Source: Candidatus Limnocylindria bacterium
GTDB lineage: Bacteria > Chloroflexota > Limnocylindria > QHBO01
DNA: 60,492 bases
Direction: 5' to 3'
Assembly: GCA_035697845.1 (NCBI GenBank)
Contig: DASSCI010000015.1
Coordinates: 1 to 60,492, forward strand
The notes under the pieces were generated by a model. That model searched no databases. It was not told the DNA's origin and worked only from the letters and a program-made list of their open reading frames with translations. Positions 1 to 10,000 of the stretch are shown here, one piece after another (the stretch's first letter is position 1; every line of letters begins with the position of its first letter). A program made the translations under genes and the position numbers.

Positions 1-1
1 G

Positions 2-550
2 CAGATCGGCGCGAAGGCCTTCTACCTGCTGAAGTCCGTCCTGGCCGAGCAGAACAAGAGCGCCATCTGCAAGATCGTGCTCAAGGATCGCGAGCAGCTC
101 GCGGCGCTCAACCCGTTCAGCAAGACCATGCTGCTCACCACCCTGCACTGGCCGGACGAGGTGCGGGCCATGGACGAGCTCAACCTTCCCGAGGACGAGA
201 TCGAGATCAAGGCCTCGGAGAAGAAGATGGCCGAGCAGCTGGTTGCCAGCATGACCGGCGACTTCAGCGCCGACGACTACCAGGACGACTACCGCCAGGC
301 ACTGATGGCCGTCATCGAGCGCAAGGTGGCCGGTGAGAAGCCGGAGCCGGCCGCGCGCACCGAGCCGACGAACATCACCGATCTGATGGCCGCTCTCGAG
401 GCCTCGGTGGCGGCGGCGCGCAGCGAGCGCAAGGCAGCCAAGGCCGATGCGCCGAAGTCGCGGACGAAGGCGAAGGTCGCTGCCGGCGCCGATGCCGAGG
501 ACGAGGCGGAGGCCAAGGCCCCGCGCCAGCGCCGGCGCAAGACGGCCTGA
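2..550 (+). CDS. ku: Ku (NHEJ DNA end-binding protein), 5'-truncated by the window edge
   Basis: The frame is open from base 2. The translation ...KAFYLLKSVLAEQNKSAICKIVLKDREQLAALNP...TMLLTTLHWPDEVR resembles the C-terminal half of the bacterial Ku core. It ends in a Lys/Ala/Arg-rich basic tail (...KAPRQRRRKTA). Confidence 0.85.
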   Translation, partial: QIGAKAFYLLKSVLAEQNKSAICKIVLKDREQLAALNPFSKTMLLTTLHWPDEVRAMDELNLPEDEIEIKASEKKMAEQLVASMTGDFSADDYQDDYRQALMAVIERKVAGEKPEPAARTEPTNITDLMAALEASVAAARSERKAAKADAPKSRTKAKVAAGADAEDEAEAKAPRQRRRKTA

Positions 551-561
551 CCGGGCCGGCC

Positions 562-1257
562 GTGCCCGGCGAGCAGCTCGACCTCTCCATCCCGACCGAG
601 CCGGGCTCCCGGCTGCCGCCGCGACTGTCGCCGATGCAGCCGGCCGACGGCGTCGCGCCGTTCGACGACCGCGGCTGGCTGTTCGAGCCGTGGTGGCCGG
701 GCATCCGCGCGCTGGCCTGGGTCGAGGGCGGACGGCTCATCCGACTCCGGGCCGCCGGCTTGGCCGACGCGCTGGCCACCTTCTCGGAGCTGGGCGAGGA
801 GCTGCCGGAGCGCCTGATGGAGGACGGCGTCGTGCTTGACGGCTGGCTGCTCGCGCTCGACGACGGTGGCTGGCTGGATCTCGACCTGCTGCGCCGGCGG
901 CTGGCGGGCGACGCACGTGCCGGGCGACCCGCCTTCGTCGCGAGCGACCTGCTGTGGACGGGCGGCGAGCCGTGGCACGCGCGGGGCTTCGCCGCGCGGC
1001 GCGAGCGCCTTGAGGCGGTGCTCCTCGACGGCGACCGCTGCGTCGTCTCGCACGCGCTGCGCGGGGAGGGGACCCTCATGGCCGAGGCACTCGCCCGATT
1101 CGGGCTGGAGGCAATCTCCGCTCGCCGGCTCGACGCCCGCTACCGGTTCGGCGCAGTCAGCCCGGCGTGGCTGCGGGTGCCGGTTGCGCCGGCGGTGGCG
1201 ACCGAGCGGCCGCGCCTGGCGCTCATCCAGCGCCTCCCGTTCGACGAGCACGCCTGA
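562..1257 (+). CDS. ATP-dependent DNA ligase (LigD-type adenylation domain)-like protein with substituted catalytic motifs and no OB domain
   Basis: GTG start lies 12 nt after the ku stop. The protein is collinear with the ligase nucleotidyltransferase motifs: PMQPA..PFDDRGWLFEPWWPGIRAL (motif I region), VLDGWLLAL (III), SDLLWTGG (IIIa), EAISARR (IV), WLRVP (V). It is only 231 aa long. See the finding on the Ku-adjacent ligase-fold protein. Confidence 0.7.
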   Translation: MPGEQLDLSIPTEPGSRLPPRLSPMQPADGVAPFDDRGWLFEPWWPGIRALAWVEGGRLIRLRAAGLADALATFSELGEELPERLMEDGVVLDGWLLALDDGGWLDLDLLRRRLAGDARAGRPAFVASDLLWTGGEPWHARGFAARRERLEAVLLDGDRCVVSHALRGEGTLMAEALARFGLEAISARRLDARYRFGAVSPAWLRVPVAPAVATERPRLALIQRLPFDEHA

Positions 1258-1258
1258 G

Positions 1259-3481
1259 TCAGGGGAGCGTCGTCTCGAGCGCCCACGGATAGGTTGGATC
1301 GGTTCGCAGGCGGCGCGCTCCAGCGACGAGGCCGTCGCCGGGGAAGGCGCGGAAGGCGCCGATGTCAAAGGTCAGCCGCGGCTCGCGCTGCTCGGCGTCC
1401 GGAGCGGGGAAGTCGCGGCCGCGGACGGCACCCGCGATCGCCAGCTCGCGGTCGACGTTCTCGCCCCAGTGATGCCGGAGCACGACGGCCAGGTCCCACG
1501 GCACGATCTCGGCGCGCCCGACGTCGAGCGCCGTCTCCAGCCAGCGCTCTGCGCTCGCACGATCGCCGATCATCGCGTGGGCGAGCGCTCGAGTCGCTGG
1601 ATCGGAGATCGCGTCGGGGTCGATCGGCTCGTCCATGTCCCACCAGGCCAGCAGCCGGTTGAACTCCAGCAGCGCGCCGAAGTCGTCCTCCAAAGCGGCG
1701 TCGCCGATGGGGACCTTCCTCGGCCAGTCGGCGGAGAATGCGGTGAGGCGCTGGCTCAGCAGCGAGCGACGGTAGGCGTCATCGGCCTCCGTCTGGCGGC
1801 CCATGGCCTCGTAGCTGAGCGCGGCGTTGAGGAGCTCGGCCTCGAAGAACTGCGCGGTCGCGACGGCACGCTCGGTCGCGTGGTACTGACAGTCGCGGTC
1901 GCCGAGCGCCTGGCACAGCAGCGCCAGGTTGATCCATGACGCCGAGTCCCCCGGATTGAGCGCGGTGGCCCGTTCCGCGGCGGCTCGCGCCAGCTCGGTC
2001 TGGCCGGCGCGATCGGCGGCGACGGCGAGCGCCTTGAAGCCGGAAGGCTGCCATTGGTCGATGGCCACCGAGCGCTCGAGACGGCTCGTTGCCGCGCTCC
2101 AGTTCTGCGATGCCGCGGCATCGACGCCCATGCGATAGGCGATGCCTCCGGCGTCGGACACCACCATTGCCGTGCCGAGGGTGAGCGCGATCGCGGTGCC
2201 ACCGATGCCAAGGGCCGTCGAGCGGCCGCCTCGCGGGAGCGTCGCCCATCTCACGGCGCCGGCATCGGTCAGCGCGATGGCCGCCACGACGATCGCGATC
2301 AAGTTGAAATCGGGCAGGAAGGTCAGGTCCTCGAAAAGGCCGCCGACGCCCAGGCCGATCAGGACGAGCCCGGCCTCCCGGCCCGTCGGCGTGCGCGTGC
2401 GCCACGGCCCCGCCACCCAGGCCAGCGTCACCACCAGGGCGAACGCGGTGAGCAGTCCCACGATGCCCGCATCGCCCAGGACGCCGAGCGGGAGGTTGTG
2501 TGAATGCGGCTGGTGCACCGGGAACGTGAAGTCGGGCGCGGCCGCCTGCCGCGCGTAGGGCATGAATCCCGGCCCGATGCCGAGGACGGGATCGGTCCCC
2601 CACGCGTTCAGGGTGTCTCTCCACAGGCTGGCACGGTAGACGAGGGATGTGACCGACAGCGCCCGTGGGATGACCAGGGCCGCCAGTCCACCGAGGACGA
2701 CGACGCCGACGGCACCGGCGACCAGCGTCCTGGGTCCCGGGCGCCGCAATGCGCGCAGCGCGCCTCGCCGCCGCCACGCCCAGGGCACGAACGCCACGAC
2801 CGCAGTGATGCCGATCGCCAGCCACGCCGAGCGGGAGCCCGACAGGATCGTCAGCGGGATCCCGACGGCGACCAGGCCGATGCGGATCGCCCGTCGCAGC
2901 GGCGCCGGCTCGATCAGGCCGGCGGCGACGAACGCTGGCCAAATCACGAAGGGCGGCACCGCGACGGAGCCGAACGGCGTGCCCTCGGACGCGAGGCGCA
3001 GCGGCGGAAGGCCGGGGGCACCCACCGCGACCCACTCGATGCGTCGCGCGAGCAGCGCGATGAGCGTCGGAACCGAGATGACGAGCACCGGGGCGGCGAC
3101 GACGAAGCCGACCCAGCTGCGCCGATGCCGAATGGCGATGAGCGCCACGGGCAGCATCAGTGCGGTCGCCGCGATCGCGGCGTACGCGCGCAGGCTCATG
3201 CCGTGGTTCATGGCCGAGGCGGTTGCCAAGGCGAACGCGCCAAGCAGCGCGAGGAGCGGCAGGTCGACGCGCGTCACAGGCACCGGGAGGCCGCGAATGG
3301 CGAGCACGACGGCGGCCCCGATGGCTCCCGCGCCAATGAGGTGCAGGAGCAGCTGATAGCGAGCGTCCCACAGCGCCCCGTCCCAGCCGACGTACCCGAA
3401 GACGGCGAGCGCCGCGCCGAGGGCGAGCCACTCGGGCAGCGTCCGCGCTCGCGCCCAGGCGAGGACGCGATCCGCGGTCAT
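1259..3481 (-). CDS. O-antigen ligase (Wzy_C)-like polytopic membrane protein with a C-terminal TPR-like domain
   Basis: I moved the start to ATG 3481, which forms an ATGA overlap with the upstream CYTH stop. The 155 codons upstream in the track ORF are Arg/Ala/Pro-rich junk. The protein has many hydrophobic helices, a Wzy-like loop (...HQPHSHNLPLGVLGDAGIVGL...) and a C-terminal helical-repeat region (ALNPGDSASWINLALLCQALGD...). Confidence 0.75.
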   Translation of the reverse strand: MTADRVLAWARARTLPEWLALGAALAVFGYVGWDGALWDARYQLLLHLIGAGAIGAAVVLAIRGLPVPVTRVDLPLLALLGAFALATASAMNHGMSLRAYAAIAATALMLPVALIAIRHRRSWVGFVVAAPVLVISVPTLIALLARRIEWVAVGAPGLPPLRLASEGTPFGSVAVPPFVIWPAFVAAGLIEPAPLRRAIRIGLVAVGIPLTILSGSRSAWLAIGITAVVAFVPWAWRRRGALRALRRPGPRTLVAGAVGVVVLGGLAALVIPRALSVTSLVYRASLWRDTLNAWGTDPVLGIGPGFMPYARQAAAPDFTFPVHQPHSHNLPLGVLGDAGIVGLLTAFALVVTLAWVAGPWRTRTPTGREAGLVLIGLGVGGLFEDLTFLPDFNLIAIVVAAIALTDAGAVRWATLPRGGRSTALGIGGTAIALTLGTAMVVSDAGGIAYRMGVDAAASQNWSAATSRLERSVAIDQWQPSGFKALAVAADRAGQTELARAAAERATALNPGDSASWINLALLCQALGDRDCQYHATERAVATAQFFEAELLNAALSYEAMGRQTEADDAYRRSLLSQRLTAFSADWPRKVPIGDAALEDDFGALLEFNRLLAWWDMDEPIDPDAISDPATRALAHAMIGDRASAERWLETALDVGRAEIVPWDLAVVLRHHWGENVDRELAIAGAVRGRDFPAPDAEQREPRLTFDIGAFRAFPGDGLVAGARRLRTDPTYPWALETTLP

Positions 3482-4116
3482 GTCGACCCGATCATGGCGA
3501 GGGCGTGCTCCAGCTTCGTTCGCCCGTCGGGCTCGAGCCCGGGACGCTGGGCGAGGGCTTCGGCCAGCTCGCCCAGCGACTCGAGTGACGACGAGTCGCC
3601 TGGGGTCGCGAGCTCGAGCTCGACCACGAGCAGCGCCCCGACGTTCACATCGCCGTGCTGCACGGAGACCTCGTCCAGGGTCAGCGTCCCGATCGGCGCA
3701 CCGTCGAGCTCGACGCGCCTCTCGGTCCGGCGCTGGACGAGCCGGAAGCGCTGGTGGAGCGGGCGGCCGGCGCTCAGCCGCTCCACCACCTCGCGCGCCT
3801 CGCTCGGCGGCCAGCCGCTCGGATCGATCGAGTCGGTCGCCGGCGCCTCGACCTCGGGACGATGGTGCAGCCACGCGGCACCCTGCGGCTCGGGTGGGCC
3901 CTTGAGCGAGACCCGCATGGATCCGGCGCGCTCGCGCAGGCGGCATGCCCAGCCGGCCGCCGCCAGGCGGCCGTCATCGGTATCGAGGTAGCTGTCGACT
4001 TCGTCGAAGGCATGAGCGGGACCCAGTGCTGCCCGACCCAGGCGGTCGGCAGCCGCGAGCTGTGCGAGGGGCTCCGGTCCGTGTGCAAGGAACTTGGCCT
4101 CGACCTCAGTCGCCAT
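3478..4116 (-). CDS. CYTH-domain protein (triphosphate tunnel metalloenzyme family)
   Basis: ATG at 4116 gives MATEVEAKFL..., carrying the N-terminal ExExK signature of CYTH/CyaB-ThTPase enzymes. It overlaps the WYL gene stop by 11 nt and the downstream gene start by 4 nt. Confidence 0.75.
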   Translation of the reverse strand: MATEVEAKFLAHGPEPLAQLAAADRLGRAALGPAHAFDEVDSYLDTDDGRLAAAGWACRLRERAGSMRVSLKGPPEPQGAAWLHHRPEVEAPATDSIDPSGWPPSEAREVVERLSAGRPLHQRFRLVQRRTERRVELDGAPIGTLTLDEVSVQHGDVNVGALLVVELELATPGDSSSLESLGELAEALAQRPGLEPDGRTKLEHALAMIGST

Positions 4117-5161
4117 AGCGGGCTGCGGCGGTGCGCACCGCGGCGGCCACCGCTTCGCGCAGCTCGGTCGGCTCGAGGACCTCGACCGCTCCACCCCATG
4201 ACAGGATCCACGGCTGGATCTCGACGATGCCGGCGACCGTCACCGACAGCTCGACGCCGCCGTGTGGCAGCTCGTTCAGCTCCTGGGACCGATGCCAGAC
4301 CGCCTCGCGCACGCGATGGGCCACCGATGCGTCGAAGCGGAGCCGGATCCGGACCGTCGGCGTGCCGTCCGACGACCAGATGCCCCACGAGTTCGCGAGC
4401 CAGGCGTCGGGATCGAAGTCGTCGGGGATCTCGTATCGGTCCTGGGTCAGGGTCGCGGTCCGGATGCGCTCCACCTTGTAGGTGCGCATCGCCTTGGCCG
4501 CCTCGTCGAAGCCGATGAGGTAGACGCTTCGCAGCGCCGCGTCCGGCTCCAGGAAGTACGGATGCACGCGCGCCATCTTGCGCGGTGCGCTGCCGGGGTC
4601 ATAGTCGATCTCGACCACTCGGCCCTCCGCCCAGCCACGTGCGACGGCGGAGAAGGAGCGGCTGAACGGCTCGTTCGGATCGTGCTCGCCGATGGCGAGC
4701 ATGGTCGCCGCCACGTGGCGCGCGATCGGCTGGGGGACCGCATCGGCCAGCTTGGTGAAGGCGCTGACGACGGCCGCGTCGTACTGGTCCGACCAGCGCG
4801 CGATGAGGCGCGAGGCGAGGAAGAGCACGATCGCCTCGGGGACGGAGAGGCGCAGCGGGGGGAGGAAGAACTTGCGGTCGATGCCGTATCGGCCGCGGCC
4901 GGCCTGGAAGACGGGGACGCCCAGCTCCTCGTCCAGGGCGTTGATGTCGCGGTACACCGTCCGCGTCGTCATCCCGGTGAGGCGCGCGATCTCCGCCACC
5001 GGGACGCCGGACTCGCCGCTCCCCTTCGAGTACAGGATCGACGCGACGTTCAGCAGGCGCGCCAGGCGATCACGCTTGCGACCGACGCGATCGTCGCCAC
5101 CGTCATCCCAGCCGGTCCACTCGTCCCGCTCGTCTTCGACCACGGCGCCGATGATAGACAC
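4106..5161 (-). CDS. WYL-domain transcriptional regulator (HTH + WYL + C-terminal WCX-like domain)
   Basis: N-terminal HTH (VPVAEIARLTGMTTRTVYRDINALDE). Central WYL-like region (VEIDYDPG...ARVHPYFLEP...SVYLIGFD). The start is uncertain; GTG 5161 is the first start after the upstream gene stop at 5167. The longer track ORF (to 5626) overlaps the antiporter gene and was rejected. Confidence 0.75.
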   Translation of the reverse strand: MSIIGAVVEDERDEWTGWDDGGDDRVGRKRDRLARLLNVASILYSKGSGESGVPVAEIARLTGMTTRTVYRDINALDEELGVPVFQAGRGRYGIDRKFFLPPLRLSVPEAIVLFLASRLIARWSDQYDAAVVSAFTKLADAVPQPIARHVAATMLAIGEHDPNEPFSRSFSAVARGWAEGRVVEIDYDPGSAPRKMARVHPYFLEPDAALRSVYLIGFDEAAKAMRTYKVERIRTATLTQDRYEIPDDFDPDAWLANSWGIWSSDGTPTVRIRLRFDASVAHRVREAVWHRSQELNELPHGGVELSVTVAGIVEIQPWILSWGGAVEVLEPTELREAVAAAVRTAAARYGD

Positions 5162-5166
5162 GCGCC

Positions 5167-6243
5167 CTAGGTGAGGAAGAAGAAGGCGATGGCGAGGATC
5201 GCGTAGACGCTGACCAGCTGCAGCCCCTCCACCCAGTTCGACTTGCCATCGAGCGCGATGAAGCTGGCGATGATCACGCCGGCGGCCACGGCCACTACCT
5301 CGAGCGGCGTGAACACGAGCGTCACCGGATGCCCGACCAGGAGCCCGAAGAAGACGAGCACCGGCACGGCGAAGAGGGCGATCTGCGTCGCGGAGCCGAT
5401 GGAGGTGATCAGGCTGAAGTCCATCTTGTTCTTGTAGGCCAGCGTCACGCCGACGACGTGCTCGGCGAGGTTGCCGATGAGCGGGATGAGGATGATGCCG
5501 ATGAAGAACTCGCTGATCCCGAGCGATGCCACCGCTGGCTCCAGGGTGTGGACCAGCACCTCGGACGAGAAGGTCAGCGCCGCGGCCGATGCGAGCAGGA
5601 TGACCAGCGCCCGCCGCCAGCCCCACTCCGGAACCTCCTCCGGCGCATGGGCCGTGGTCGGTGACTCAGGCGAGGTGAGGAAGAACCAGATCTGCGCCCC
5701 GTAGGTGACGAGCAGCAGGATCGCGACCCCGACCGTGAGCGCCTCGATCCGGAAGAACTGTGGGTCGCCCGGTCCGGTTCCCTCTCCGCCGCCGATGAGG
5801 AAGGCGAAGGTGGCCGGCACGATGAGCCCGATGGTCGCCAGGATGAGCGAGGTGGCGTTCATGCCGGTCGTCTGGGCGTCGTACTCCTGGACGCCGTTCT
5901 TCAGGCCACCCACGAGGAGCGACGCCCCCAGCACGAGCAGCAGGTTGCCGACGATCGATCCGGTGATCGATGCGTGGACGATCTCGATCTTGTTATCGAG
6001 GATCAGGAACGAGGCGATGATCACCTCGCCGATGTTTCCGACGGTGGCGTTCATGATGCCGCCGATGCGCGGCCCGGCCGCCAGGCCGAGCTGCTCGGTC
6101 GCGTGCCCGAGCACGTACGCCAGCCCGAGGATGGTCAGCGCGCTGATGCCGAAGGTGAGCGTCTCGTCGGCACCCAGCAGGCGCAGCGCCAGCGTGGCGA
6201 TGGTCCCGATGACCGAGATGCCGTAGGCGATGGTCTTGAACAT
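5167..6243 (-). CDS. Ca2+/H+ (cation/proton) antiporter, CaCA/ChaA-CAX family
   Basis: 358-aa polytopic membrane protein with two alpha-repeat-like segments (GNIGEVIIA... and GNLAEHVVG...) typical of CaCA exchangers. Confidence 0.8.
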   Translation of the reverse strand: MFKTIAYGISVIGTIATLALRLLGADETLTFGISALTILGLAYVLGHATEQLGLAAGPRIGGIMNATVGNIGEVIIASFLILDNKIEIVHASITGSIVGNLLLVLGASLLVGGLKNGVQEYDAQTTGMNATSLILATIGLIVPATFAFLIGGGEGTGPGDPQFFRIEALTVGVAILLLVTYGAQIWFFLTSPESPTTAHAPEEVPEWGWRRALVILLASAAALTFSSEVLVHTLEPAVASLGISEFFIGIILIPLIGNLAEHVVGVTLAYKNKMDFSLITSIGSATQIALFAVPVLVFFGLLVGHPVTLVFTPLEVVAVAAGVIIASFIALDGKSNWVEGLQLVSVYAILAIAFFFLT

Positions 6244-6279
6244 CGTGCGTCAGCCTACAGCCGGTTCCGTGCCTGCGGC

Positions 6280-7014
6280 TCAGCCACCCGGCGATTCGGT
6301 CGGCTCGGCGCTCGCCGATTCCGAGGCCGACGGCCTGGCCGATGGCGCCGGCTCACCCGGCAGCTGCTCGATGATGGCGCGGTTGACCGTGTCGTCGACG
6401 CCGATCAGCAGGAACACGAACTCGCCGCTGGACCAGGTGTAGATCATCGTGCCGAGGGCCGTCGCGTTGTCCTCTGGGCGGACCCAGACGGCGTGGCCGC
6501 CGGCTTCAGCCTTCTCCCACGGGCCGGGATCGAGCCCGGCGATGCCGACGTAGCGGCCGGCGGTGGCGAGGTACGGCTCGAGGTCGTCCGTCGCGACCGG
6601 GTCGCCGTCGACGCGCATGGCATACAGGCTGGTGCGGGGCTGACCGACGTACGCCAGGACCAGCGACGCGAACCGGTTGCCCAGCTCGCCGTACGCCGTT
6701 GCCACGTCACCTGGAGTCAGCGCGAACTCGTCGAACGGTGCGACGGCGACCGTCGCACCGGCGGCCGAGGTTGGGATGAGCGCGGCCAGCTCCTCGTCCG
6801 GCTCGTTGGTGAAGCGCGGCGTCGGAGCCGGCGTGGGTGTCGGCGTCGGTGTCGGCGCCGGCGTGAGCGAAGGCCCAGTGGGGGACCCCGACGGAATCGG
6901 CGACGGCGTCGCCGGCGGGCTGTCGGAGGAGCAGGCGGCGAGCACCATCGAGGCCGCCAGAGCCAGGCTCGCGACCCGGATCGGGCGCAGCGAGGCGAGG
7001 CGGCGGGTCATCAT
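6280..7014 (-). CDS. Lipoprotein of unknown function with a Pro/Thr-rich linker
   Basis: Signal peptide plus lipobox (SLALAASMVLAAC|SS), then a PTPTPTP-type linker, then a globular domain of about 170 aa. It lies 18 nt downstream of the GGDEF gene on the same strand. Confidence 0.7.
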   Translation of the reverse strand: MMTRRLASLRPIRVASLALAASMVLAACSSDSPPATPSPIPSGSPTGPSLTPAPTPTPTPTPAPTPRFTNEPDEELAALIPTSAAGATVAVAPFDEFALTPGDVATAYGELGNRFASLVLAYVGQPRTSLYAMRVDGDPVATDDLEPYLATAGRYVGIAGLDPGPWEKAEAGGHAVWVRPEDNATALGTMIYTWSSGEFVFLLIGVDDTVNRAIIEQLPGEPAPSARPSASESASAEPTESPGG

Positions 7015-7032
7015 CGGCGCGCCGATGTTACC

Positions 7033-10000
7033 TCAGGCCGCGCCGCGAGCCTCCGTGTCGCGTGCGTCATCGGATCGGCGCCGGCGACCGGGATCCGCGC
7101 GTTGTTCGACCGCCTCGGCCAGGGCCGCCAGGACGTCGGCGCGGTAGGTGGCGGGGTCGCGTGCGAGTCGAGCGAGCGCTTCGGCGCGCCCGATGCGTGG
7201 CTGGCGCACGCCTGACGTCAGCTCGTCATATGCATTGGCCGCGGCGACGATGTGCGCGCCGACCGGCCCACGCGCCCGGGCCGCGCGGCGCCCGCGCCGC
7301 TGGCCGTCGGCGACCATCCGACGATAGTCGTTGATGAGCGCCGACACCTCGCGCAGCGACGGTACCGGCGCCAGCTCGGCGACGCCCGGTTCGTCGAGCG
7401 CATGGAGCCGCGCGGCGAGCTCGACGCAGCGCTGCTCATCGTCTGGCAGGGCGAGCGTCTCGGCCACCGTCGCCGCAAGGCGTCCCACCCGGTCCGCGTG
7501 GCCGCGCCCACCGACGCCGGCGTCCAGCGAGCGGGCGATGGTGAGCAGCGCGTCGCGCAACGACGCCTGCTCCTCGTGGTGCGGGGCGGTGAGCAGGGTC
7601 GCCCGCTCGACGAGGTGCTCGACCGCGTGCTCGTCGTCGCTCTCGCGCAGTGCGGCCGACGCGAGCTCCTCGAGCGTGCCGCGCAGGTCGCCCACGTCGG
7701 CGGTCAGCTGATCGGCGCGCACCACCCGGTCCTCGCCGGCGCGCTTGCCGTAGTAGAGGGCCGTGTCGGCCGCCGCGATCAGTCCGGCTCGGTCATCGGC
7801 GTCACCGGGCATGCCGGCCACGCCGACGGTGATCGTCACCGGCGTGGCGTCGCCGACCGTCAGCCGTGCGACGGCGCGTCGAACGCGCTGTCCGACGCGG
7901 GCCGCCTCGGCCGCGGTGGCGCCCGGAAGGATGAGGGCCAGCTCGTCGCCGCCGTAGCGGTACACCCGATCGTCACTGCGCGCGGCACCGTAGATGGCGG
8001 TGGCCGCCCGGTGCAGCAGGGCGTCGCCGGCGGGATGGCCGTGGCGATCGTTGTAGGCCTTGAAGCGGTCGAGGTCCATCATCAGCACCGCCAGGCGACG
8101 GTCGGCGGGTCGCGATGCCGACGCGGCGCGCTCGACGAACGTGCCGAGGTCGCGCTGGAAGGCGCCGTGGTTGCCGAGCCCGGTCAGCGCATCGGTCTCG
8201 GCCTGTTGGCTGATGGCATGGTGGGCATCGGCGTTGCGCAGGGCGATTGAGGCCTGGGCCGCGAAGAGCTGCACAAGCTCGAAGTCGCTGTCGCTGAAGT
8301 ACACCTCCGGGCCGCCGACCCGCGAGACGTTCAGGGCGCCGAGCACCTCGCCGTCGGCGACGAGCGGGACGACCACGACCGCCTCGGGGTCCTCGGGGGT
8401 TCCGGGGATCTGGAGGGCTCGAGGGTCGCCGAGCGCGTCGTTGGCGAGGATCGGCTGCGAGTGCTCGACGGCCCAGCCCATGAGCCCGCGGCCGAAGGGG
8501 ATGATGTAGCGGCTGACCTCGTCGGCGTGGCGCTCGCGGGTCAGCACCGGCTGCATGGCACGCAGGTCGTGGTCGACGCGGTAGATGGACAGGTTGTCGT
8601 ACGAGACCACGTCTCGGAGCCCGTCGGCGATCGTCTCGAGCACGCCCGCCTCGTCCAGCGTCGACAAGAGGCGCTCGTTGATGTCGAGCAGCCGTCGCTG
8701 CGAGTCTGCGCGTCGCGCGAGCTCGGATGACTGGGCGACCAGCCGCTCGTACGTCGTGGCATTGGCGATGGCCTGCGCCGCGTAGCCGGCGAAGATGCTC
8801 ATGGTCTGGAGGTCGTCATTCGTGAAGCGGTTGTAGCCGAGCTGGCTCAGAACGATGACCCCCAGCACCTTGCCCTCGTAGAGCATCGGCACGACGAGCA
8901 TCGACTCGGGGACGTCGTCGGTGCCCTCGATCGTCTGCCCGCGTTCGTCGTCGAGCGCGTCGTTGATCAGCAGCGGCTCGCCATGCTGGGCGACCCAGCC
9001 GGTGAAACCCTCGCCGACCGCCACCCGCAGCAGGTCCTCCGGGTTGACGGCGTCGTCGGCCAGCATCTCGCGCGTGAACGCGATCGGCTCGCACATTCCC
9101 CGCACGGCATCGACCTGGTAGACCCGGATGTCGTGGTACTCGGCCAGCGGGCGCGCCTCGGCAACGATCGCCTCGGCGATGGCGCGGACGTCCGTCAGGC
9201 GGTTGAGCCGCGCGGAGAGATCCTGAATGGACTTCATGCGCGCCGCCTGCGCCGCCACCGAGCGGTAGAGGCGTGCGTTCTGGATGGCGACCGCCGCCTG
9301 ATCGGCGAATGCCTGCGCCAGGGCCACCTCCTCGGCCGGCCAGGTCCGATCGCGCCGGTGGTAGAGGCCCAGCAGGCCCAGGCGCTCGTTGCCACCGACC
9401 AGTGGCACCAGGCACACGGTTCGGATGCCCTCGGCGGCGTATGTCTCACGAAGCATGCCGATGCCCTGGTCGGTATCGGCATTGCGCATCCAGTGCGGCC
9501 GCCGCTCCTTCAGCGCACGCAGGCCGATGGAGTCCTCGTTGCCGCGCAGCGCTGCGACGTGCGCCAGGAAGTCCTCGCTGAGCTCATGCTGCGCCGCGAC
9601 ACGGAACGGAAAGTCGCCCTCGGTCACCAGCCACAGGCCGGCCTTGTCGGCCTCGAACAGGGACCGCGTCAGATCGACCACCTCGCCGAGGACGGCGTTC
9701 AGGTCGAGCGTGCCGGTCAGCTCCTTCGTGACCGAGCGCAGGGCGCGGGCACGCTGAAGCTCTCGGCGCGCCCGGCCGAGCAGACGCGTGCTGGCGATCG
9801 TGGTGGCAACGATCGCGAGCAGCGAGCGGAGAAAGGGCGGCGTGAAGGAGTCCGCCGCCGCGCCGTCGATCACGAGCAGGCCGGCGTTCCCGCGCCGCGT
9901 GGTGAGGCTGAGCGCCACGTCGGCGCCCTCGCGCGCCTGGGCGCCGACGATCGGTTCGCGCGTGGCGGGTGGCGGCTCGCCGAAGCCGGCGTGTGCCTCC

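Noticed and set aside
289-1368. Long antisense or off-frame ORFs throughout the track. Examples: 289..1368(-), 1779..3431(-), 2504..3991(+), 13151..14680(-), 18699..20891(-), 19444..20967(-), 24946..26574(-), 26853..27995(-), 28130..29749(-), 43599..45470(-), 40155..41606(-).
   Set aside because: Their translations are extremely Arg/Pro/Ala/Gly-rich with no recognisable motifs. They lie opposite or out of frame to genes with clear family signatures. This is the expected stop-codon-poor artefact of roughly 70% GC DNA.
3482-3946. N-terminal 155 codons of track ORF 1259..3946 (MPPARARRIHAGLAQ...).
   Set aside because: This region overlaps the well-supported CYTH gene in another frame and is Arg-rich junk. 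ATG 3481 gives a hydrophobic Wzy-like N-terminus and an ATGA junction with the CYTH stop.
6816-6909. Short GC-rich tandem-like DNA repeats (ggtgtcggc/ggcgtcggt units).
   Set aside because: They encode the PTPTPTP Pro/Thr linker of the lipoprotein on the minus strand. This is low-complexity coding sequence, not a CRISPR array or a VNTR-type element.
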